A stretch of DNA of 64,000 bases from Phoronis australis (lineage: Eukaryota > Animalia > Phoronida). The stretch's first letter is position 1, and each line of letters begins with the position of its first letter. The position numbers were made by a program, and so were the translations under genes. Under the pieces are notes generated by a model. It saw only the letters and a list, made by a program, of their open reading frames with translations. It made no database searches and was not told the origin of the DNA. This document shows, piece by piece, positions 1 to 12,142 of this stretch. Location of the stretch: contig NMRA01000086.1 in assembly GCA_002633005.1 (NCBI GenBank), positions 248,001-312,000 of the forward strand. Reading direction: 5' to 3'.

Positions 1-2960
1 AAAGGTTCACACAGATGTCAAAACACAAAACCTCTTCTAGGTTATTTGCAAGCTGTAACCACAGAGTTACCATAAACATTAAAAAGGAAATGAACGAATA
101 GTTAGCAGAAGCTAAATTAAATTCACAGTTAAAGGCATGCAAGAAAACATTTCCGTTACTATAGTAACGGTGAGTGACCAGCCAGCCAGTGTTGGTTATA
201 CACTACAGGGTTGAAAGCTCAAACAAGCACGTCATACCTACTCAGAATCTGTTAATATCAATTACTCAAAAAACCTTAGATTGAGAACTAATATTGTTTT
301 GAAGCCACATAAAACACAACTTATCAAGATAAATTATTAGCGTTACTTTCTGATATGACAAGGTTCCTAGTTTAGCAGAACTGCACTGTGCGCTGAGAGC
401 AGTTTATTGATTATTTCAGCGGTAAGTTTCTATGTCATAAACATGATTTGCTCTAAACTGAACCTGGTGAATTTTCTTCGACCTCGACACGGCAAGTGCC
501 ATTTGCAATGGCATAAAATATCTTCTTCAAGAAAGAGGCCACTTGGCAGCAAACGACAGCTGTAATGTGAGTTGTTTCAAAGTTGTCTCAGATTAGGGGA
601 GTTCTGCACTCTTTGCCAATTACAAAGTATGCTTGAAGAGGATTCTTATGAAACAACTAAGGACATCTCGCTCACACAATCAGAATCAATATAGCAAGTG
701 GATGGAGTTGCTATCATTGAACAATCCACCCATGACTCCATAGTATTGTGAGAGTCCAAAAGTGACATCTCTTCGACCCAATTTTAAATTGTGCTAGTGA
801 CACGCCCAATTCCACTGCTGTTAAACTGTACATGACATCACATGTTTGTGCAAAAACACTCTACTGCCACCTTGTGGTACACCAAATTTTAACACGTCAT
901 TACTATATCAGAAAATGGCACTAGCTTTTTTGCACGCACATGCACACACAACGAAATCCAACTTGTTTCAGATTGAGATGCAATTTGTTTCTAGTGCAAA
1001 ATTGTGTGCAGCGTCAGTGTGCTGGCACTCTTAATTAAAGAGAAATTCTATGAATTTTACATTCGTTTTGGCAAATGTCACAGATTACGATGACTTATAA
1101 GATAACTGGATATTTTTCAGTGAAATTCAAAGTCAAAATTTGCAGTCCCGAAACCGTAGGTAGACATAACCATATCCATTTTTACTGTTTGCCTGCTATT
1201 ATGTCTTAGTTTTCATCTCCTGTTACCCAAGTTTTTGTTGGATCTTGTGTCTAAGTCTTGTGAATAATTCGTAGAGGTCCCTGAACTACATCACTGATGT
1301 TACATTCAGAATCAACCATTCAATAGCTTCAGTTGGTCCACCCCAGTTAGTAGTCAGTAACAAGTGATGACGTGTCATTACACATTCAGGAAAATGAAAC
1401 ATTTTCACTAATAAAACCACTTAAAAAGTCCAAACAGGCAATGTTTTAGTGGACATCATTTCTGCGCGCCCCCGGACTCCATGCCGTATGACAATAAATT
1501 CCATTCAACTATCCCAGTCAATAGAGACATTGGGTTCTTGCAGCCAAAGGTTGGAATTAGCAGCAGGCTCAGCAGACCACGTTAGTCAATTCATTTCTTG
1601 GTGAAAAACACACGCATAATCTTTTCTTTCAATGGCCATTCCATCTACCCTAGGTAGCTCCATGAGGTTTCTGCCTGTAGGCTAATGTCTGAAAATACTT
1701 ATTTACAGGGTCAGCAAATACTATTTACAGACAAGTTACACATCTAGCTTTGAACTACTACTGATACTACTAAGATACTCCATACATGTTCTATTCCCTA
1801 GTTTGTGGCTGAATTTTGTACGAATATGTATAACCATTATGTTGAGCGGAGTTTTTGTGTCACAAGCTTCCCATAGGTTTTAGGCATTCAAATCGTAAAC
1901 TAAAAATAGAAACTGGAAGACACCTTTTATGGAGTGTCCAGTGCATGAAGGTCTCAGGAAAAATTTGGTGATCTACTCAAAAAGACAATCATTTATTTGA
2001 TAAAATTGGTGCAATTTTCGGAGCTCAGTTCCCTTCAATCACCAAGTTTTTATTATAAATTAGTCATTGTAATATGTCATATTTCCTTTCAACGCCAATT
2101 ACACACATGTATTTGCTACATGTACTTAATAGTATTGCTGAACACCCAGTTGCACTGCCTTTCAATAGAAACACTCATTCACGTCTATAGACAGGGAAAA
2201 TGCATAACGAAGGGCCAAGTTAACGAAAGTCCACATTGCTGCATTGCCAAAAAAACGTGTGACAAAAAGGAGTGGCTGTGAAGGATGTAAGTGGAGGACA
2301 CTTCCAGCATTTGGACTACTAGTGGTGATACCTGTGGGATCCAGTTGCACTCAACACGTTACAACAATGACGGAGAAAATCCAGCAGGATTTCCTAGACA
2401 TTATTCACGACAATTCCACAAAAACCAGCACATAGCTTGGATAACAGGAAACAAACACAAACAGTTATAACCATAGATAGGAACAATAAAGAATGGTTAT
2501 GAATTATTATGTAGTCAACTTCCAATTTCAGTAATGCTTGAACTCGATCACTTTAATTATCAAATTTGTCATATCATGCCGACATTTGACTAAATGTCTA
2601 AAATCTTCCCTATAACTTCTGCCATTAACACTAATGCACAGAAGGTTAGCAATCAAACTAACTTGTGATCAGGAAAACTAAGTGAACAGTGAGCTTTAAT
2701 GGTAATCCTATGGTGTTAGAGTAAGGCCGCTTTAAGGAATTAGCTTGTCTCTTTATAACTAAGCACCAAAAATCAGGTTGAAATCTGTGAGTCTGCGCGA
2801 GTCCATGCACCAACTCTTACTCATACAGCAAGCAAACTAAAGCACTGGCTGGCTGCTCGACTGGTTGATTAAGAAAATCACAAGGTGAGAGTCCATGACG
2901 AGAAATCCGGCACCCAGAACCGAAGTGTGTGCAGACAGCAGTAGAGATAAAATGACCTAC

Positions 2961-5900
2961 CTGTTATTGAAAAAGTCATCCTCGAAAGGATCATCTCTTC
3001 TGGAGGTAGGGGAGGCGAATCCGAAGCTCGGAAACCCTGGAAATGAATTTTGAAACATCCGTTGACTAAACTTGTAGTGGCGCGTATCGATATCCTTGCC
3101 GTTGCCTGGAATCACAGAGATAGCGGACATCTAGGTCAAGGTCAAATTGGGTAGAAGAAAATGTTACTTTAAGCTCAATCTTCTTAGACAGCAACCAACA
3201 TTTAATAGGAGTACACGAATGATACTCAAAACTTCGTTTAAATTTTGGATTTAAAAAGAAATTTACGTGCAATTCACACCTGCGCTATGGTTTCACATGT
3301 AGGCTCTTGCTGACTGCACTGAAAGGGATTCAAGCAAATCACTGAAGTCTGTTGGTCATTTCTGGCTAATACTGCATTATATAACTACATGTCAAAAATC
3401 CCTGCTGGTTATTGAGATCCAATTTCACCAGTTACCTGGAGAGTTCAGGACTACCACAAAGTAAATAGTAATTAGTAACAGGCAGGATGAACATGCCAAA
3501 TGCTTCTAGTAACTAAATTTGGTAGCAATTCCAGCATGCAATAACTAAAATCATATAACGGTGGTTTTGTTTTGCTTTCTAAATGAACTTTTATAAAAGA
3601 AGAAATAGTTAGCAAGCAATAAAGTCTCATATTGTTTTGCAAAAATTAAAATGAAAACCTGAGCTGTCTACCACTGATTCTTTGCTCATAGAAAAGAGTT
3701 TGAACTTTCAGGGGTCGGAGGTCAAGGGTCTGTGATTCCAGGTTCAGGCTAAAACTACAAGAGACACATCAATTAGTTGTGCAACATGATATGTAGTGTG
3801 AATTGATAGGTTTTAATTCTATCTCATGAACTCATAAAGTACAGTACTGCCAGGTAGGAACAGACAGATGTTTCTATGAAGGTAATTTATCTTTTAAATT
3901 AAATGTAAATTCAGGAACAGAGGTGTGTACTTAATGAGGGCGTTGATTACATGAAATACTGTGGTGAACACAGGAAGCATAACAGGAAAGCACATGCACC
4001 GTGTCAAACTACATTCAGCAGAGAGTATGAAGTAACTTTAGATGCATTTAGTGTTGAGAAATTTTCTAGCCAGTCACCTAAACACACAAAGTTCACGCAC
4101 CACTTAAGTGTCACGTCTCTCTCAAGTTGTGATGGCAACAAGATCTACCAAGTACCCACCCTTCCAACCAATGCCACAGACACACTTCATGATGACCAGC
4201 CAGACAACTATGACCCACTAAACACAGCAGCAGCTATATGTTAACCCAAAATTGAGCTAAAATGTTAGTGTCCATGCAAGAAGGTCAAATATAAATTGAC
4301 AAAAATATGCAACCAGAGGAAATCTGAAGCAAGCAAATAATATACAGCATACAGGAGATAGTCTAACAACCTTGGACAGTTTTACATTGTTTAAAAAAAC
4401 ACAAGACAGAGGGAAGATTTTTGCTTCGCTTAATTCTTAACCCCAATCTGCGTACACCTACAGAAAAAAATGGTCAACAAAACAACTGTTTTACTTGGCA
4501 TGAAAATGCCAAGTGGTACTTTATTGGCCATCTGAATGCCTTCAAGTGTAAACAGTGTAATATTAGGTTCACATGAGCCAGGAAAAAATGCAAACAGTTT
4601 TTCCGGGGTGCAAACACTAGTTCTTTAGCCAGATAGATGTGCTGTCAGAGGAGAAGAGGTAATTTTGCCAAGTTCATGTTGTGACCATACATATTGCAAC
4701 ATGCGCCTTTTTATTTTTTAAGCGCTAATGACAGTTATTTTGTGCTTTGTTGATTTTCAAAGTACAAGTTTCACCTGGTACCTAGTAGCATCAAAGGGCA
4801 ATAAACTAAATGCACAACCTGGTGACTGGCGATATTTATCTACCAGACGTTATGCAGCGTACATTTTCTGAGACTGACTGCATCAAACACAAAATCACAA
4901 CTTATGTGTTGCAAGGTGAAATTGCACAACTGTTCACAATACGGGACTGTATTCACTCCCACTACTCAACATCTCTGCAGGGCTGCTTACAGGTTCCGGG
5001 ATGGACACAACACCAGCACAGGGCGAATCACTGCTAGTTACCAATACTGAATGCTCTGAAGGCACGGGTGACCATCAAAAGCTGAAGGGCCTCAAGTCAC
5101 CGTAGAGGCCACAGCTCGCGAGGCTTTTCGCTTCAAAAATGTACTTCTCAGGAGTGGCGACAGGAATCACTAGAGATGGCATGGCACCCTTCTTCAGGCG
5201 TTGTTTTGCAGGAACCTTTTTCACTTCCGCATACATATCTATTTCGTAATCCGATGGCAGAAAATGCTCGCCACACATTCGGTAATTCTCCACTGCTTTA
5301 TACATTACGTGGACGGGTAACGCTGCGTTCTTCACACAACGAGCCAAGTACAGCAAAGTGTGTCATCCATCAGAAAGCAATGTAACGGCATACTCAAAGT
5401 GTGTGTGAGACAATAACAAGTATGTCCCAGTACGCAACCATGTGGCATGTTGACTGACTCTTAAACAAACGCAAACAACGACTGAACTTATCACAACCGA
5501 GATAAAACAATGACTGAATCGACAGCTCATATAGTAAAACTATATGAAAACAAAATGGCGAGAAATTCTAAACCCCCTAAACGTCACTTCCAGAATAGGG
5601 CATGACTAATTAATTAAATTATAGGAAGCCCTAAATAACTGAAAAGTATGTCTGTGATAATCAACAAACCGTTTTTTTTTCTGAAAATGACATGAAAAAG
5701 ATTGCTTTTTCTTTTAATGTTGCATGCAAATTACAGTCCAAGGATAAAATAAGAATAGTAAACTTGTCCCATTTATATCTTAAAGGACTGGTCAAATAGT
5801 AATTGTGAGATTCCACACCACAACAAACCACAGAATTAAGCCACTTCGATCATGTATGTCAAAGGGATCCCTCATTAGCAAGTCCATCCAGAAAATCCAT

Positions 5901-8900
5901 GGAATGATTCACCAATAGTGGTCAATATGATATTGCCAAATGGTGCATTTTAGCCCACATTCAGGCAAAATGCTATTTGGCTAGCAAAAGTGTCCTTCCC
6001 TGTATTGTACTAGCTGATGGAACAAGGGTTCTGGCTGGCATCAGCATTTCGCAATCAGTTGGAAACCTTGTCTTTTTCACCATCATAAACACATGGGTCA
6101 GGTTGAGGTGAATAGTCGCACATGTTCACTAATAGCCAGTGTCTGGCTTGAGGGCCTTGTAAAACATTTCTGCCAAGGTTCCCTCCAACACAGGCTGACA
6201 CAACACTTGTCATTGCCAACGAACCCCAATGAAAGGCTTACCTCACAATAAGTATGGAGTTAAGGCAGAGTATCAACCTGTTTTGATAATTTCACTGAAA
6301 AGCTGTTAAGGTGATGAGGAAACAAACTAACTGCTGACAAAAATTCACCACTTCGCAGACAAGTCGTTTGTATGGCTAAAACGTTGCGCATTTGGCTAGT
6401 ATTGTTACCAGTGAAACTGCTAGCGTTTTGCCACTCATGTGAACTTTCTTACAGCACAAGACATATGTAGAAATCTAAAATTGCAGCCTTGAAAGACCAG
6501 CAAAATATAGTGTAAGATAGCAAGTGGAACTGTGGAAAGCATTGATTGTCATGTTTTACAGTGTGGTAGAATAGTAAGATTTATTTATTCACGATGACAA
6601 CCTAACCTGCATTACAGTACTGGTCTCCCACAGGATAAGAAAGACAGTGTTAGAAATCTGACTAGCATAATAAGAAAAACTATAATATCCCACATAAACT
6701 TGTTCACAACCAAAGTGTAAACAATTGAGTGAAAGACTACACAGACTTTCTTGTCTAAATAAAAGGTTTGTCCACCTACAGAAACAAGTCCTATGATGTA
6801 AATAAATCTAGAGCTGGGTGGTTTTCTGCCTGCACATGAGCTGAACTCCAGAAACTTAGTTTTGTCACAAATACTGATTGCAACAGTATAGCAATACTAC
6901 ACCAACCTTTAGACTTTAACCCAGACTAAAGAACTACAACACCAGTTAGAACATTCCGAGAGGCCTAAAGGTCTTGTCTGATTTCAAGAAGTTCAAAGAA
7001 AAACAAGACATCTCAGGGTTTCCAATATAACCAGACTAAAAATTCACTGTTCCAATCAAATGGAAATGTCTATTAGCTGGGTCAAATATCGCAGTATTGG
7101 AGGCAATTAACAATTTAACGCTCCGTTTCACCCCTTGCTACTGTGCATCCTCTCTTGAGGAATATATGCCAGAACTCCAATTGCTTGGTACTGCTGGTGA
7201 TCAGATGTCAATTCTGTAATTCTAAAAAGTCCATTGGAGTACCTAACAAGCAAACTCAAAGTGATATCCAATCCTAGATTATTCAATATTTCATTGTTGT
7301 AACTGCAGTGATATGAAATTCTCTAACAACTTATTCCAATACTGTCACCTAACTAAATTTCAAAACCCATACACTACTTAAGTATCCATTTATTACTTCC
7401 AAATGAGCCAAATTAACAACAAAATTAATCCATTTTGATAGTTACAGTTAGTAAAGTAAAATCTCACTAAATTTGGACAAAATTGAGCTTTTTCATTTTT
7501 CTAACACCACTGGTATTAAGTAATATTGCTGTGAATGCCAATTGTCTATTTGGTGCTCTTACCTTTTGCTAAAAATGAAAACATAAAATTTTGTCTGTCC
7601 CCCATGTCGTGTCCTAAATTCAACATGATAATTGTGAGGCCTACAGCTCACCATTCAACCAAACAGCCAGGCACCTCAAGCAACAGCAATGATTTCTGGC
7701 AGCAATATCGGCAACAAGGCTTTTTGACTTTGCACAATCGATCACGCGACATCTACCTATGGAATTTTCAATGGTCGTCAGCTAATCCGTGTTTCTAGAA
7801 TATTTGGAGACACTGCTGGTCACCACATTCATGAACCAAAAAAAAACAAAATTGTACATTTTACTTACTCCAGTTTTCTGAGTGCTCCCAAATCACTTTT
7901 CAACACTAAATATTGTTAAAACTGTATACAGGGGTTGATTAAAACTTCTTAGGCATCAACAATAAAACACACATCCACCTGATAAGTCTGATTGCATTTT
8001 TATGTTCCAATAGTGATCCCGATGTCTCAGTTGACTGGAGTGTCTGCACGGTTAGCAGAAAGTCCTGGGTTCGAGTTCCGGTCGGGGCAGAAATCTTTTT
8101 AGACTTATGTTCACTAGGTCACTTGATGTGGCCAACAGTTGGCGTGCAGATCAGACTTAAAATATTTCGATCTATATTTCCACACCGGTTCAAGATTTAC
8201 ATATATTCATTAAATACAAACTGATACTTTATGCTGTACGATGGGTCCTTAGCAAGCACTTTATGAAGGCAGTCTCATTAGAACATCCCTATGTACGCAC
8301 ATGAGCTTATGGGAAACAGAACAATTATCTTTAAATGAAGTGTGAATTGCTAACCATTTCCTCATCTTAGTAAGGCACACCAATCCCTCTTTTGGTTGGC
8401 CTTATTACATGCATTCCTGTCTGCGTAAGATGTTCACAACTCAAGGGCCTCAAGCAAAATGGCAGACAACACAAAGTATTAAGTGTCATCCTGCCAAAAC
8501 CCTGCCTGAACACTGAAGGATGGTTTAAGAGTAAAACCACTGGTTAGTGAGAGTCGATTTACATCCAGTACTCCAGCACAGCTCATAATCAGTTACTGAA
8601 AGAACTGAGGGAATACAACAGCTTAACAGCTTAAGCTTAACTACAAGAGTTTAGGCCAAGGGAGTATAAATCTATCTGTTACACCAACAGTGACATAACA
8701 AGGGTAAACAGATAGAGCAGAATCATTATTGATCAAGCCATGTTAAATCATGCCATCCTTTGAGTTAATCATTAATGTATGAATACGTTATTGTTTGATA
8801 AATCAATTATGCCGAGTGTAATCACTACAAGAGAATCAACAACACTACGACATTAAGAATTCAGCGACATAGCCTCAAATTTCCAATCAATCCCATAAAT

Positions 8901-11900
8901 AAAACGTTGGAACACGTCTAAATGTTTGATAAAGCGACAACATAGTGGACACATGACTGCACTATGGGACTTTTGACAAATTAGAATTCACACCACAGCA
9001 ATCAATAAACAAACAAATCTATGCTAGACCTATTTAATTGAAAGACCATGTCTGAATGGAACAGTTTGACTGAACCAAGGATGCTTTGAGCAGGGGGCAA
9101 ATTACCTGTCTTCAAATATACCCTAACATTTACTGACTTATTACTTAAAGTCACCTACTGGCACTATGAAAACACATTACAGTCTAGGGGAGACCAAGTA
9201 CTTGCAACCACCATCCTGGGCATTGAGGCTACCTGCTCCTAGAATATGAACTTTCAGGGCTCGCTCACTCGCTCGCTCCCTCCCTCCCTCCTTTCATCCC
9301 TACCAGCAGATTGGGGTTACCAATTTAAAAGTAAAAGACAGTTGTCATTGGAAACCATGATTTTCAACTGATAGTTTTGAGTCATTTCAAAAGCAACTAA
9401 AACAATGCCCTTCAACGTGAGAGGGAATATTTCTCAACAGCAACACTTCATAATGAGTAAATGACAACAAAGCAGGGTTAGACTACAGACAAGAAGCACT
9501 AACTAGTATTAAACATGGCCATTCTCTACTCTCAGTGAGGGCTACTGTCTTAAACTACAAGGCCAGACACGACTGACAACTACTGGCGCTTACCTCGACC
9601 TCCGAAGAACTCTGCGAATGGATCGCGTCCGCCAAAGAACTCTCGGAACACGTCCTCAGGGTCCCTGAAGTGGAACGAGTGGAAGTCGTGGTCAAAGTTG
9701 CTGTAGTACTGACCACTGTCTCCTCCAGTCTTCAGTCCATCTTTACCATATCTGTCGTATGTCGCCCGCTTCTCCTCTGCATAATGACATATTTGTGTGT
9801 TAACATGGTCGTGATGACATCATACATTCACTCCGGGAGGTAGAAACATTTTCTCCCTCACCAAATGCACAGACATTCATTAAGAATATGCAGGACCCCA
9901 AAGAAGGGTCCATATCCGGCAAACTTTGGAAGACACGTCAGTAATGGCTGATTGGATTCATATGATACTATGAACGTTGTTAGGAATTGCTTTTAAAATG
10001 TTCCACTTCTGCATAACAAGCTAGAAAAAATAAGACATCATGATTTTCGTGGAAAAACACTGAAGCTGCACAAACTGAAAATGAAAACAAAATTGGTTTA
10101 AAAAATTGTAACGGTTTTTGAGATTTCATCCTGACCATTCACATCAAATGAAATTTAGTCATGTTATTGCTACTGTTGTTTCGCTGTGGATGCACCTTTC
10201 ATTCTAGTTGAATTTTACTAAAAAAGACATGCTCGCGAGACCAAGTCAATAGCAAGGTGGTATCAAGTGGAACATCAAATTTTACAGGCTACTACTTTCA
10301 GAAAATATACTTTTACTGAGTTATTGTTCTGCAGACAATTGGTTAAATACAGGCTAGTCAAAAAGGTCCTACAGCAAAAATTCTAGGTAATAACTATTAG
10401 GACAGCAAAATTCTGATTACAGAATAACTAGTAAGCTCCTTATTAACTTACCTGTTAATTCATCTTCATTCTCAATCACAAAGACAACTCTGACAATGAA
10501 TCCCGCTAACGCCCAGATGTCACGAAAGGGAATTCTGGGTCATTTTTTCTGAATACTTTCGACTTGTACTGTAGTATAGTGTTATCCATTTGGCAAGATG
10601 GCAATTCTATTTTTCAAGACTTATACTATAGACCAAACACAATACATCTGCAATTACGTAAATGCCCTTGCAAACTCTTTCTAGATAAAAATTAGCAATT
10701 TAGGCATCAACTCATCACTAATGCATGGTGCATTGATAGAAATTTTGTGCTATGAAGTTTTAAATAGTACTGCAGTTCACTCTAACACACGAAGTCATCA
10801 ACGTTCAATGCACAATGGGTAAAATATAGGATGGTTCACACTAAGTCAAGTTTACTATTGGCTTGCCAGTGTACTCACCGTTAGACAGGACTTCATAAGC
10901 TTCTGACACCAGTTTGAACATTTTCTCCGCTTCTTCTTGGTTGTCTGGATTCTTGTCCGGGTGCCACTTGAGTGCCATTTTTCTGTAGCTGAAGAAAACG
11001 TGTGAGTAGTAACAGTTACTAATTTCTACAGTAATTAATCATTGTAATCGCTGCTACAGTTGGCATTTTATAGTTACTATAAGTAAAGTTTAAAATTTTT
11101 AATAACAAAAGATATCCAATGACTAATCACACAAGAAGTGTTTTTAGACAATATGAAAAATGCATGGAGAAGTGGTCTAGTAATTATTGTCATATTGTTT
11201 TCAACGAATGACTAATCAATGCATTTTATTCAGGATGAGGTCCAAAATACAAGGTTGACTTATCGTGACTAGCCGTGAGTTGGTTTTTCAGGTGACTAAC
11301 AGAAATTTCCAAGTTGTGCATTGCAAAATTCCTGGTAGAAACACATGACTAAGTAATATCATTTCAGTCATTCATCACTTGTTAAGCATACAACATGGCT
11401 GACAAGTTAAATTTTGTCAAGTTTCTAAAATAAAAAAAATTTAGTCTTACTACTAAAATGATTTGTATAATGTCACACAACGTTTAGTAAGATTTTCATA
11501 TATTTCCAGTGCGGTAATCCGCCTTTGAAAAGGTGAAAACGACAGTTTAACAATTATTTTTGTGCGAAATAAGAGGACAGTTACAGTAGACAAATCCACA
11601 TAAGCAAATGAGGAGATTTTACATCGCTCACAGGAAGAGAAATAATAAAAAGTTTTCAGTTCCAAGCGTGTCATGGGTCTTTAACAATTTGGTTATTGAT
11701 TTTGTGCAAGAAAAGCACCAACAGCTCAATAATACAAACTTAAATGGAAAAGAAACTGCTACAGTTCTGCGTAATGTACCAGGTAGTCTAATGTACCAGG
11801 TAGTCTAATGTACCAGGTAGTCGGGTGTTTTTAAAATTGAAACACAAGTAATTAATGGATTGTCATTTTCTCATTTTTCAAACACTTATTAGAACACTGA

Positions 11901-12142
11901 AACTAATTTGCTGTTGGTGACAGCTGTGTACAAAAAAATGAATTACAGTAAAATTCTCTACCTAGCGTATTCTATTTGAGAAATTTGACAATAAAATATA
12001 ATTCCAACTTATTGCCACGTAGTGGGAGTGTATGACAAACTTGACCTGTTAATGAAGCTGTGAAATCTACTTACGATTTCTTAATTTCTGCATCACTTGC
12101 ACTTCGGGGAACCTGTAGGATATCGTAGTAATCATCCGACAT
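2961..12142 (-). CDS. DNAJB6: DnaJ homolog subfamily B member 6-like co-chaperone (partial; C-terminal exons not identified in window)
   Basis: Exons 12142-12075 ([23 protein letters not shown]), 10988-10879 ([36 protein letters not shown], with HPD motif), 9776-9594 ([15 protein letters not shown]...[20 protein letters not shown]) and probable 3105-2961 (G/F-rich, ...FPGFPSFGF...[10 protein letters not shown]). All introns are GT-AG with matching phases. The [15 protein letters not shown] motif is typical of the DNAJB6/B2/B8 group. The acceptor of the last listed exon is less certain. Confidence 0.9.
4943..5713 (-). mobile_element. Degenerate, truncated copy of the Kolobok-type THAP element (left TIR plus THAP region)
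   Basis: ORF 5075-5356 ([24 protein letters not shown]...KVPAKQRLK) aligns with the THAP ORF at 43612. Sequence ~5555-5713 matches the TIR of the 43369 element and ends at TTAA 5714-5717. It is frameshifted and the other end was not found. Confidence 0.85.
8015..8089 (+). repeat. tRNA-derived (SINE-head-like) sequence
   Basis: B-box-like GGTTCGAGTTCC, anticodon-like stem TCTGC-N7-GCAGA, degenerate A box and acceptor stem. It does not look like a canonical tRNA. Confidence 0.55.
9960..10350 (+). repeat. Old dispersed repeat (related copies near 51040-51160, 53230-53490, 55870-56230)
   Basis: Shared blocks such as ggtttttgagatttcatc, tactttcagaaaat, aattttacta(a/g)aaagacatg and gattttc(a/g)tg(a/g)aaaa occur in the same order between copies. 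Boundaries are approximate. Confidence 0.6.
11772..11822. repeat. 17-bp tandem repeat x3 (taatgtaccaggtagtc)
   Basis: Three perfect copies are directly visible. Confidence 0.9.

Noticed and set aside
8015-8089. Functional tRNA genes (also 37215-37265, 27770-27835, 18360-18430)
   Set aside because: Acceptor and D arms are degenerate and the sequences are embedded in repeats, so they are treated as tRNA-derived.
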